Source of the DNA: the human T2T-CHM13v2.0 reference genome, Homo sapiens
Assembly: GCF_009914755.1 (NCBI RefSeq)
Contig: NC_060926.1
Reading direction: 5' to 3' (one strand)
Length of the DNA: 64,000 nt
The translations under genes were made by a program, and so were the position numbers. Positions 46,266 through 58,835 of this stretch are shown here, piece after piece (position 1 is the stretch's first letter; the number at the start of each line of letters is the position of its first letter). The notes under the pieces were generated by a model that worked only from the letters and a program-made list of their open reading frames with translations, searched no databases and was not told the origin of the DNA.

Positions 46266-48014
46266 ATATGTCACCCTTTGCCTTTCATGTTCCTGGCACC
46301 CACCACTGCAAGTGCTAAACAAGATGAGGTTAAGTGATTGTCCAGAAAGGACAACATTGATTCCTAAAGGTAAATCTTAAACTGGAAGCAAAAGTTAAGG
46401 TCATCTGACAGGTGAGAAGTTAGGGTCATGAATGATTGAAAGGGTCTTCGAACTTTCTACTCACTAGCGTGTTCAATCCCTCTCTCTCAGAATAATTTAA
46501 CAGGTACTCTTTCTTTCCTTGTTATCCCACCTACCTGCTCCAGCCTAAGAATATATGCAACAAAGCACAACTTTCATTTACATTTTTTTTAAAAAACACT
46601 GAATCATATTTTTTCTAGACATAGAAAATGTTATTGGCTTAATAAAAGTAATTCAATTAATAACTTGGAAAACTCTGAATATAATTTATAATTCTATCCC
46701 CAGAGATAATCACATTTAATTTGTATAAGCTTTTTCAGATATAGGAGGATATATGAAATACATGTTTCTACACTGGTAGATTTATAGACAGAGTAATGTA
46801 TATTGCTAGGTAAACTTTTTATTTGAAGTAATCATACAATCCATTCATTATCTGAAATAAATTCCTGTGCTCTTTTGTTGTCTTAAAATGCTGTCACTGT
46901 TGTTTTCACATCTCTCAAAGTCATCTCAAGATTAAAATCTACACTGAAATTAAAGAACTCTGTTTAGCTATCTCTTGGACCACATTACTGTCCTTACTTT
47001 AATTAGGTATCATATGCATATAGGACATTTGCTGCAAGGGAGCTAGCAGTCCTCATCAAACTCCCGGAAGTAAATAGGAGCTACTTTTCTTCTCAGTGCT
47101 CAGATTCATACGTGGAGGCATCCAGCAGTTCATAATGAGCCCAAGGTCACCCGGTACATGAAAAGCAGTCCTGAAAATCAAAGCCAGGATTTTGCAGCCT
47201 GAAACTTTTCCCTAAGGATGGAAATCTCTTCACGGAATGTTCAATCTCATAGTTCTGAACCCTTAGAGATAATTTAGTTCAACATCTTGGCTTTGCAAAC
47301 CTGGAAACAAAGGTACTGACAGATTTCATGACTTTTGTGGGTCATGAGGATGGTTAATGACTGATCTTTCCACTGTTTTAAAACTAAACAGTATACAGAA
47401 TTTTCTGAATACTGAGGGCCAGTGGGAGTATTGAGGGAGATATTTTCAAAATTTGTTTAAAAAGTTAATTAAAAACAAAACCTTTGGAATCAAAAATTAG
47501 AGTTCATTAAAAATGAAGAAAAGATAGCCTATTTTTGATCTGATGAAAGTGATTTAAAACTGAATTTCATTTTATAAACTCAGGGTCTATTAATTCAATA
47601 AGTATTTAAACTAAGTTATTAAGTCAATACATGTTTTATGATTTTTAATTAACTTTACTTTTTAAACATTGTATCCAGCTTTGCTACACATTTAAAATAG
47701 ATTCTGTCGATATTTAATATGATTCTTTTTTTAAGTGTGTGGGGCCAGGAACTGTGCGTGTGGGTGTTTCAAAGGTAAAAATACTAACAATGTTAATAAT
47801 CAAAATATTAACATTGGAGGATGCGCTTTCAGATTATTTTTATCTACCTTTTTCTTATGTGATTCTTACTTCGCCACTTTTCAACAATAAGCATATATTT
47901 CTTACATATCAAAAAAATTTTGCCAATGAATCAAAGATTTTCTCAGTCTTTGTGGGGAAACAACTATTTATTGTATTTGAAAAGCAATATGCTATTTGCT
48001 TATTGAGGTAGATG

Positions 48015-48495
48015 CTGTGTTTGGCTTGCATTTTTAATATTTATTGAAGACTTCTTCTAGCACATCTTCCTTTACTGTGGTTTTCAGAAAGCATAAAATT
48101 ACAATTTTAGACTCCTTTGCAGCTAGGGTTCAAGATGAGACTTCAGTTTTGCCCGTTAGACACATTCCTGTGAGGCTAGAATTTGGAAGTGAGTTGAATG
48201 AGGAGGGAGGCAGGGGATGTGTCACAGATGGTGGCAGATCACAGCAGAAATGGGGTGGTTCTGGAGTCATCAGCCTCCTGAGTCTGCAGCTGCTTGCGGC
48301 AGTGGTGACAACTACCCTGATCACAGCAGAGACCATATGATTCTGGGGCTGGAAGTTGTTTCTGGAAATTCCATCTACCACCTGCTTCTCTGGCTTTTCC
48401 AATGATACTACAAATCATCTAATACATAGTAATAAGTAGCATTCTGCTTAAAACTAGCTATGACAGTTTCTTTGCTTGCAATTGAGCACTAACCC
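48015..48495 (+). mobile_element. LTR33-like (ERVL) LTR
   Basis: agactcctttgcagctagggttc...; 3' end ttctgcttaaaactagcta...gtttctttgcttgcaa. Confidence 0.65.
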
Positions 48496-48599
48496 ATGGA
48501 GTTGTGTTCAAAATGTTTTTCTATGCTCTCCTTATAGTCCTCAAGCTCTACATTTAATTTTTCTCCTTTTGTAATCCCAACAATAACTGCCTGTTGTTT

Positions 48600-49110
48600 T
48601 TTAAAAAACAAGCAGTACAATAGTGACACATTAATAAGTAAAAATAAGTCCTCATGCTCCCTACCCCTCATCCTAGACCCCAGAGGAATCCACGGTTAAT
48701 AGTTTGTTGTTTCATATCTTTCCAGGTATTTTTTATGCCTATAGAAAGTACAAACACACAGAAATTTTTTTCATTTTTACAAAAATGACATGATGTTATG
48801 GAAACATAGATCCTGCAACTTGGTTTTTTTCCATATTTGTATATACTGAGCTACTTTGTTCTTTTTAACTACTATATATTATTCAATAGGGTAAAGAACT
48901 AAAATATATTTCAACATTCCCCCATTGATGAGCATGTTAATGTTTATAAGCAAACTGCTACATATTATTCAATAGGTGGAAGAACTAAAATATGCTTAAA
49001 TATTCTCCCATGGATGAGCATGTTAATGTTTATAAACAATGTTGCAATAATCATTCTTTATCAATAAATATATCCTTGTTCATAGCTTTAAATATTTCTT
49101 GAGATGGATT
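48600..49110 (-). mobile_element. L1ME fragment containing an 86-bp tandem duplication
   Basis: cccagaggaatccacggttaatagtttg, cattcccccattgatgagcat; duplicate units start at 48867 and 48953. Confidence 0.65.
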
Positions 49111-50194
49111 CTAACATCTAATACAAAAAAAACCTCTAAATGCTAGCAGATTGCATTTAACAGTTTTTAAAGAATAATGTCGGTTTTGCTTATTACTGTA
49201 TCATCAGTGCTCAAAACATCATCTGCTATGTAGAAGGCACTAAATAAATATGTGTGAAATGAATTCCAAATGAGTGATCAAAAACAGACTAGGAGATGCA
49301 TTAATGCAATTAACCACGTGAATGGATTAAAGAAGAAACAATAAATACATATACAACCATCGTGATGAATGTCCCCACAAATCAGGTAAAACTCCACATC
49401 TATTTCTGATTTTTAAGAAAATTTATTCATCAAGAAATAGAAGAAATAACATTAACCTGATAAAAGAACTTATCAGAAACCAACAGCAAAATATATTTGC
49501 AAGTATTCATAAAAGAAAGATTTTTTCTTTTTCTATTCATTTAAAAATATGAATATTTGTAAATATTCATAAAAGGTACACCTTTCAAGGTCTCAGTTAT
49601 GAATAAAAATAAACTCACAAGCCTGAGATAGGAGAGAAGCAAAAATATTAAAGTAAGTTATGAAATATTAAATGACCTACTGACTCCCACAAAGAAATTC
49701 AAAGGAAACCTAATCAAAAAGCAAACTCATCAGCCACAGAGGTGCATTGAGTTAACTCTGAAGAAGTACATCATATTTGGGGCGGGCCTGGTGGTCCAAT
49801 TTTAATATCCGGAAAACTGTTGGTTCAGACAAGGAAAGGCTCTCAGGCACCAACGACTGGGCTACAGCTGTTCTGCTTCTTCTCCAGAACTCCAGGCCGC
49901 ATATACAGAATCAAAGCCTATTCACCTCTTTCCCCGATCTTCTGCTGTATCCGTTCTAAATGCTTCTCATGCCCTAACTGTGGTCATTTGTAGGATATGA
50001 ACAGGCCAAGAACAAGCCTCTTTTCAACTTCAGGAAATTCTTTGATAGAAAGTCAAATAGCAGAAAACAATCAATTGTCCCATAATTTAGGATATTTCAT
50101 AACCATGTAAAAACATACCAGCTTTATATGTGCTTATATTGGGGGGAACACCCTAAAATGTGTTTAGTATAAAAGGGTCATATATGTGTACCTT

Positions 50195-51460
50195 TTTCTC
50201 TTTCTGATTTTATTGAAATATAATCTACATATGTCATAAGTTTACCCATTTCAAGTGTATAATTCCCTAATTTTAAGTATATTTATAAAGTTGTACACAC
50301 ATCACTATAATCTCATTATAGAATATTTCATTTTCCCAAAAAGAAGTCCTGTACCCATTAGCAGTCATGCAGCATTCTCGCTACCACCCGCTCCTGGTAA
50401 CCACTAAACTACTTTCTCTTTCTAGATTTGCCCATTCTGAATATCTGATATCAACGGAATCGTACAATATGTGGTCTTTTGTGATTGACTTCTTTCACTT
50501 AGCATGGTTTCAACGTTCAATCATGTTGTAATCCATGTACAAGTTTTTGTGTAGTCATTTTTAAAAGAATTTTTAATAATTTTAAAAGAATTATTTAGAG
50601 ACTCTGTCACCCAGGCTGGAGTGCAGTGGCGCAATTATAGCTCAGAGCAGCCTCAAACTCCTGGGCTCAAGCGATCCTCCCTCTTCAGCCTTCTGAGTAG
50701 CTAAGGCTACAGGTGCACACCACTATGCTTGGCTAAATTTTTATGTTTTGTAGAGATGGGGTATCACTATACTGCCCAGGCTGGTCTTGAACTCCTGGCC
50801 TCAAGTGATCTTCTCACTTCAGCCTCCCAAAGTGCTAGGATTACAGGCATGAGCCACTGCACCCAGCCTAAACATGTATTTTTATTTTTCTTGAGTATTT
50901 ATCTAGGAATAAAATTGCTGAATCAAATGGTAACTCTGTGTTTACCATTTAGAGAAATCATCAGACTCTTTTCCAAAGTGGCTTTTACATGACCACCAGC
51001 AGTGCATGAAGATTCCACTTTCTCCACATCCTTGACAGTGCTTGTTATTTTTCCATCTTCTTTATTATAGCCTTCCTAGTGATGTGATGTGGCATCTCAT
51101 TTTGGTTTTCATTTGCATTTTCCTAATGGCTAATTATGTTAAGTATCTTTTCATGTGCATATTAGCCATTTTTATATCTTTTTTGGAGAAATTATTCAGA
51201 TCCTTTGCCCATTTTTCAATTGAGTTGTTTGTCTTTTATTATTGAGTTATAAGAGTTATTCATATATTTTGATACAAATCCCTAATCAGATCTATAATTT
51301 GCAAATATTGTCTCCCATTCTATCGGTTGTCTTTTCACTATCTTGATGATGTCCTTTGAAGCATAGAAGTTTTTAATTTTGAAATAGAACTTATCGATCT
51401 TTTTTTATAACGTGTACTTTTGGTGTTGTGTCTAAGAAACTGTTGCCTAACCCAACATTT
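50195..51460 (-). mobile_element. L1MB-type 3' end split by an AluJ
   Basis: cctgtacccattagcagtca, gtacaatatgtggtcttttgtga, ttcatttgcattttcctaatggctaat. Confidence 0.85.
50585..50868 (-). mobile_element. AluJ
   Basis: cagcctcaaactcctgggctcaagcgatcctcc. Confidence 0.92.
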
Positions 51461-52984
51461 TTTTGTGCATTTTCTAAAGCATGTAAATACATATGTAAGC
51501 ATAACTGCTTTTTTCTCTAAACGCTCACAGAAATGTTAATAGTTGGTAACTTTGTGAGGAGAGACAAAGGGAAAAGAAACAGAATTTTACTTTTCACTTT
51601 GTTCATGTATATGTTTGAATTATTTTACCATATGCATGTCTCACTTCTCTTTTAAGGATTTGTTTTTAAATCCAGATTGAGTACTAATAAATAGTAACTG
51701 CTGTTGGCATTCTAGGGGGTCTGATCAATGACAACACTTTTTTTCTGCCTGAACTCAGAACCAACTGAGATCAGATGCTGGAATCGGAGAGGTAGAAGCC
51801 ATTTCTGATAAAGTTATACTGAAGGAAATGGCTGAGTGAAGAGCCAAATGGAATTGTTAAAACACCCTAATCTTGTCCCCTTCTGGTTTATACCTTAGAG
51901 CAGTCGACCCCCCAAAAAAGCTTGAGTCTGAATACACACACACTTCCTGAGGATGAGTGCTGCACACTGTTCAGGAGAAGGGAGGATAGCAACAAGAGAC
52001 AGGATTCTCCATGCCTAAGAACTATCAATATTTGGCTTTACCCAATAGAGAGTTGTGAATAAATAATTTTCACCCACCAACCAACAAGCTCATTCAACCT
52101 CCATGACAAGAACAGTTGAAGCAAGAGGCTTAAAACATTTAAGAAAAAACCCCTCTTCATGGACTACAGAATGTTAGGGAAAGAAGCATTTCTCTGTAAC
52201 AATTACGAAAATCTAAACTAAAATAGATAGAAGTTTGTACCTAGATATTGTATATCCCTATAGCTTATTCCTGGAGATCCATTATAAAATTCGTATGTAC
52301 ATGCAAGTAATTCATAATAAAACAACACATTGAGGCATAAAACACCTTGGAAACTCCAAGTCTTCTGGACAGCTTACCAGATGAACCACTACCTTTCAGT
52401 AAGGGCCTGTAGATCCCTGTGAAGGAAATTTTGGTGAAAAAGCTCAATATTTCAGGATATAGGATTTACATTCAAAAAGCGGAAAAACATAAATAGAATG
52501 TTTCATTTCTAAAGCACCATAATGGAGCTGGGAGGTGGAAGTCTTTCTAATCCAAGAAAAAAAGTCAACAGAGCAGTCACCAACTATTCCCTGATTATCA
52601 CTCCATCAGACACTGGATGAGGCCTGAGCTTTCCAGCCACCGTGCCATAGTTCCTGGTGTCCGACAGATGCTCTCAGCCCTCAGGGAGTCTGGGCCGTTC
52701 AGGGTTATTAGAGCCCACAGGTTGGTCACCTTCACCCAGACCAGTCTTTTTCATTTCCCTGGTGTGTCACTTCAACTTTAGGATTTTCAGTATTTTCCTG
52801 GCATGAACAAGATTGGAAAGCACTCTAACACTGATCTAGTGAAGACTAAGGTAAGGTCAGGGAATTAGAAACCTCACAGTTTAGTGAGGGAGACAGAGAT
52901 GTAAGCAAAGAACTATAGTTACCAAAATTCAATCCAATAAGTGCTAAAATAATAAGCACAGAGGAGAGCCTCATTGAAAGCACC

Positions 52985-53225
52985 ATAATAATTGTTTCTC
53001 ATTGTTCAGTAATTACTACACATGAAGTCCTGTGGCAAGTTGTACAAACATTATTTCTATTGTACATAAGAATCCTCACAGGTAAGTTCTGCTACAGTTC
53101 CCTTTTCCAGATGAGAACATCAAGACACAGAAGGGTTAAGTAACTTGGTTTCATAGCTGATAACCAGAGGAAGCAGGATTTGAAACTTGCTCTTTGAACC
53201 TGTATCCCATGCCTGCAAGCACTGA
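52985..53225 (-). mobile_element. MIR
   Basis: ccttttccagatgagaacatcaagacacagaagggttaagtaacttg...gcaggatttgaaac. Confidence 0.75.
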
Positions 53226-53889
53226 TCATAAACAAGCTCAATCACTCAGTTGCGGTCAAAAAACAGTATTTAAATATGGAGCCAAATGATGTATCTCAAA
53301 TGCCTTCTCACCTGACTCTTGGGATATTTAAGTTCATCCAGGCTTGGAAACAGCAGGTTGAATGAATAATAGTACCTTTTAAGGGCCTAAACAATCCATT
53401 AAAAAGTAGAAGCATCACATACATTTAAGGGTAAAGCTCCAACTTTTGTAGCAGCTGAGCAGAGACTCATGTTTTTATGAGCACAAGGGAGATACTATGT
53501 CATTTCCATTCTGGGGTCCTTAGCATAATATTTAGTATAGATGAATAGTTCGACAATATTTGTTGTATAAATGGTTGATTGAATAAACAAATAAACACAT
53601 GAAATAACAAATTAAAATAGATGCCAGACACAAAATGGCAACAATCACAGGGCAGGAGCAAGAACATCTCATAATGCAGAACAAAATGAGTAGAGCCTTA
53701 ATTATCTTCAATGATAGAAAACAAAAGGTTTATGAAAATTGTAGTTCACAATATTGATATTGAGCTTATCATACTGTTTGAATTCTAGAACATTACAGTT
53801 TAAAGAGACATAGAAAATATCTAGCTTGACTGAATTTTGAAAGCATCCTTTGTGATCTAACTGGACAGCAGCTGGTTTCCATGCAAACA

Positions 53890-54075
53890 AATTGAATAGT
53901 CAAAAGCTACTTATGACCAGCTTAAATTGTTTACTGTACAAAAAGTCTTCCCTATCTTGACCTATGTCTTCTTTCTGTTCCTAATTCTACTACTGGAAAC
54001 CACATAAAATCACCTAATCCTTCTAGATCCTGGTGGTCCATCAAATATTTGAAGGCATTTATCATGTTTTCTTGT
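53890..54075 (-). mobile_element. L3/CR1 LINE fragment
   Basis: Minus-strand translation NMINAFKYLMDHQDLEGL resembles the CR1 ORF2 C-terminal motif DMIxxFKYLKGxHxEEG. Confidence 0.5.
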
Positions 54076-56321
54076 TCCCATTTTGGGAGTACCATTTTCC
54101 TAGCATACTGATTATTTCTATTCACTTCATATGACAGGTACATGTGTGTTTCAACAGGATGATGATTTCATTAAGAGAAAGTAACTATGGTCATGAATAG
54201 AGGCCGGAGAAGTCCTTTAACAGCACAGAGAGAGAAAGTCCTAAAGACAAAACTATGGGCACCGTCATGGGTGCTTCCCAGGTCTTCAAAGTTTGCCATG
54301 GGAATAACAGATGAAATGCCACCTATCCCCCTCCCTAGAGGTTCAACCAGGCATGTAAGTTTGCTTTTGGATTGTCTTGGGGCAACTTTTATATCCTCAT
54401 GGCCTCCTCTCCTACCTGCCTATTCTAAAGTCTCTGATTATGTACTCAACAGTTACAAAGAAAGTATACTACATGGCCCTAAGTATTTATGTGAAACGGA
54501 CTAAAGAAAAAGTTGAGTTTCCAGGTATATCCCACAGCAAGCCTAGAATTCAGGCTAGGCTCTTTCATTCCTACATACTCAGATATTTTTCTGTCATGCT
54601 AATTTCTTTCTTCTAGTCTTGCTTCATTTTTCCAGTACCCAATTTTCCATTCCAGAATAATGAAGGGCCTAACACACCACAGGCTAAGTCAAGTACTGAT
54701 GAGGAAAAATCAATCCAGATTCAAAATATGAAAATAAGACTTTGCGATGTATAAGAGCTACCCTACAGTCAGAAAGGAGCACTGAAGGAAGGGACCACAC
54801 TACTCTACCTCTATAACATCAGTATGGCAAGCTTTGGTTGATACATGAGTATAATTCAGAACTCTTCATGATTTGCCATGTGGTCAGCTGGGAAGGGCAA
54901 TGACATGAAACTTATGAAAGGAAAATGAGATCTCAAGACATTCAAGAGGGAAGGAAAAGATAGAATGTGTTTTTACAATTTAGCTAACTACACAAAGGCT
55001 ATATGAAATGATAATGATAACATACATTGAAAAGAGATCTCAGGATTGATGCAAGAAGACATTTAGGATCTATAAAGGGTCACAGTGTTTGTTTAGGACA
55101 AGAGGATATTCCAGATCTGTAAAGAGGTCTCAATGTCTGTCCAGGAGAATAAAATATTAAAGATCTTTGTTAGTTGGGATTGTTATTTTTCTGAAAATGT
55201 GGCATGACATTTTGCAGCCTGTGAAGCCTGCTTCCTTCTTTAGCACAGAATAGTCTATGAGTCTCATTTCTAAAGGGCAACTTGTCCCTTCACCTCTCTC
55301 TGGAGGAGACGGCTTCTTCTGCTCACTACATTGGAACTGTTTAGTTTATCGTGGCTCACCCTCCCACTCACCCATTCTTCAGCCACAAGAGACTTTTAAT
55401 GTTTTAATGTGGGCAGGGAGTAGTTTCAAACTGTCATTACTGAATTAAGGCCACATTAAAAGAAAAAAACTTTCTATATATTTATCTGTCTGTTTAAATT
55501 GAAATTATGTTAAGGAATTACTTCTCTGTTTTAAGAGTCATTTTTCATCATTTAGTAATGAAATATAATTGTGCAAATCAATGCTAATTTATGACAATTA
55601 AACAATAAAATATTGATGAAATAAAAATCCCTTGACTTCAGTAATGAGAACAGGCATTTAAATCAATTCTCTACTCTGGCACCAAAGCAATCTTTCCAAA
55701 ACACTAACCAGTTTGTATTTCTTGCTTAGAACACTTCACTAGTGACTTTCAGTGATACTTACCACCTACTCCCATTTAATACTCTACTCAGTGTCTAATT
55801 GTCATCATCCTGGCCAACTAAAGGGGGCATATAAAAGTCAGTATTCTCACAATTGGGCATTTCTTAGAGGCAGCTCTGTAGAATCCACAAAACCCATCTA
55901 TTCTAATGGACAACTACAAGTCACTTAGTTTGTATAGCAGATTTTTTCTCCCAGTGATTGACAGATGAACAATGTTAAGTGTTCATCATCCCCGTTCTGC
56001 TTTGGTTTATTTGAAATATAAATACTTTGTGCTTTGTATCTAACCCTCACCCACATTTTGGCTTCTGAATCTTCCTTATAATTATACTATATTATGTTCA
56101 ACAGTAATCCACCATCAGAAGTGGCAAGAGATTATTCCTTGCCATGAATTATGCTGGGAAAAGAAACTTGTTGATTATCCAAGTCATCATGATGACATTC
56201 TGAAGCTACATTGTAACCCCTTTAATACATGTGGTATTTTCAGTAAGAGAGGATTGTTCAGACCTCTGACTCATACCCTAGGGATTTCTTTTTTATAGTT
56301 GTTGTTCTATCACTTTAATTC

Positions 56322-56536
56322 TTTTTATTTTTAGTAAAGCAGCTTTATTGAGGCATGATGGACAAATAATAAACTGCACATATTTAATTGTACAAATTGA
56401 TTAGTTTTGGTGTGCATATACACACATAAAATCATCTCCGAAATCAAGATAATGAATATATCTACCACTCCTGAAAGTTTCCTAGTGGTCTTTTGTAATT
56501 CATTTCTCCCATCCTTCCTGAGTCCCCCATCCCTAA
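56322..56536 (-). mobile_element. L1MC/MD-type 3' end
   Basis: agctttattgaggcat...aataaactgcacatattta...aatcaagataatgaatatatctaccactcctgaaagtttcct. Confidence 0.8.
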
Positions 56537-56744
56537 CCATCTTGGAAGCTGGCTACCACAGTTGGGCCGGACCAAGCACAGCAATAAAATAGCATGGTGT
56601 ATTTGGGGAACTACAAGTAACTTATTATTGCGACAGCATGAAATGAGAGATCCAAGTGATGGAAGATGAGCAATAAACAAAAGCCAACCAAGAAGAGGAT
56701 ATTAAATCTTGCTAATGAGTTTGCTGTGCTTGGTCCAGCCCAAT

Positions 56745-57294
56745 TGTGGTAGGCAGTCTCCAAGCTGGCCCCCAGTGATCCAAAATCCTGGTACTGACAC
56801 TCTAGTGGAGTGTCACAAGGATTACATCTCCTTCCACGTTGCATCAAGGTTGGTCTGAGTGCCCAATAAAATACAGCATAAGTGAAGGTATGTCACTTTC
56901 AAGATTAGTTATAAAAGGCTCTGCAGTTTATATCTTCCTGTCTCTCTCTTTCTTTCTCTAACATTCATTCTGGAGTAAGCCAGTGTCACTTCATGACCAT
57001 CCTTACGGGGAATCCAACTAGTAAGGAATTGAGGCTGCTGACAAACAGCTAGCAAGAAACTGAGGCCTCTTAACAGCCATGTGAGTGAGATTGGGAGTAA
57101 ATCCTCTCAGCCCAGTTAAAACTTCAGAAGACAGCTTGACTAGAACCTGTTGAGAGACCTTGAGCCAGAACCACCCAGCAAAGCCATTCCTGGATTCCCA
57201 AGCCTCAGAAACTGACTGAGATAATAAATATTTGTTGTTTTAAACATGCTAAGTTGTGGGGTAATTTGTTATAAAGCAGTAAATAATTAATACA
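56745..57294 (+). mobile_element. MLT1F-like MaLR LTR
   Basis: Starts tgtggtaggcagtctccaagctggcccccagtgatcc; tgagagaccttgagccagaaccacccagc; ends ggggtaatttgtta...aattaataca. Confidence 0.88.
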
Positions 57295-57857
57295 TCAACT
57301 TACTGCAGAACATTGAGAGTTAGACATAGCGCACATTTGGTATGTCTGTGGTCTTGGGGGAGCCACGCCTTGACCCAATAGCTACTTCCAGGGTGGAATC
57401 CCAGAGCCTGCAAAATATCCGATAGGCTTTTTAGATGATGGGAGAAAAGCAGTAAGGACGTGGGGTGGCGACAGGAGCAGTTATAACTCAATCTGGACTC
57501 TCTACGTCTGCGTAAAGGAAGAATATGCCTTTGATCCAGAATAAATTAGCTAAAGCTGGTTGGCAAGCGTGACATGGAAACCTTAACAGGGGTCTTTCTC
57601 ACATATCTATCCCAAGCGAACAGACTAATGGCTAAAATGTGAATTCACAAGTTAATTAGAGACTTGTTATCAAACAATTTGCCAAAAATCTATACCATTA
57701 GATCCTTTGCTATAGATAAGGGATAAGGTATTGTCTCCAAAAGACTCCCGTTGAAATCCACCTGGGAGAGGAGCAGGAGACCAGTGGGTATTACATAGGG
57801 AGGTTTTCAAAATCCTGATGCCCAGAAAATGCCCTTGATTTATTATATAGCTTGATA

Positions 57858-58835
57858 TTTTATAATAGCTGGCCAAAACATTCAGAACAGGTGATCTTCG
57901 AAATGTCTTGTTCAGAAGGAGAAAAGCCAGGGGACCAGTTCTCTGGGACACAGCCTGCTGGATTTGGGGTTCAGGCCATAGCACATCTCAGCAGTAAAAT
58001 GGCTACAGGATGAAAGAAGAGTGATAGAGCCCCAGGTTTTAAACTACTACACAATTAGTAGTTCAGCACAGGCATTTTAGCACTTGGCCTATATTGGTGA
58101 ACAACGTCTTTAAGATGAGAAGCAGGGAGTAGTGTTTTTAAAAATTCTCTGGATGGTTCCAATGCATAACCAAGTTTTCAAACCCCTGAGCTATGGGATA
58201 TGAGTCATCGAAGAAGAACACTAAGAAAGGGAGGAGAAAAGAAACAAACCATTGAATTCAGCAAATTTGTCCTGTCCCTTTCATGAGGATAGCCTAATGT
58301 TCTAGCTGCCACTGTTTACTTGACAACATAAACTCATCAAGCTATCTCAGTATTGTATTCCTCATTTTTCACACCACCCAGCCTGCTGTTGACATCCTAT
58401 AAATGTTAAATAATAACAATTGTTTGCTGTCAGTTACTTCCTTATAGCTGTCATTACTGTAGAGCTAGCTATCAGGGGAGAGGTTTTATTCTATAAGTTC
58501 CAATTATTTGCATGTCACAGTTGCCGGTCAAATCAGAATCTACCCCAGACTCTAAGACAGTGACGGTATAAATGGATTGTCATCAGAAGCAGTTCCTGCA
58601 GGGCCACCCTATTATTCTTCTCATAGCCATGAGAATCCATTAGCTTTCCAAAAAAACCTGGCTCTCTGTCTCTCTTCCCTCATCTTGTAGCCATCCTATT
58701 GCTGAGATATGCTGTGGCCTGAACCCCAAATCCAGCTGACAATCTCCCAGAGAACTGGTCCTCTGGCTTTTCTCCCTCTTAACAAGCCATTTCAAAGATC
58801 ACCTGTTCTGAATGTTTTGGGTAGTTATTATAAAA
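57858..58835. repeat. Inverted repeat: arms 57858-58040 and 58653-58835 (183 bp, ~86% identical, ungapped)
   Basis: Manual reverse-complement alignment gives about 25 mismatches and no gaps. Confidence 0.95.

Noticed and set aside
52782-52850. Possible plus-strand exon (tttag ... AAG|GTAAGG)
   Set aside because: Isolated splice-like motifs with no coding signal or partner exons; cannot be supported from sequence alone
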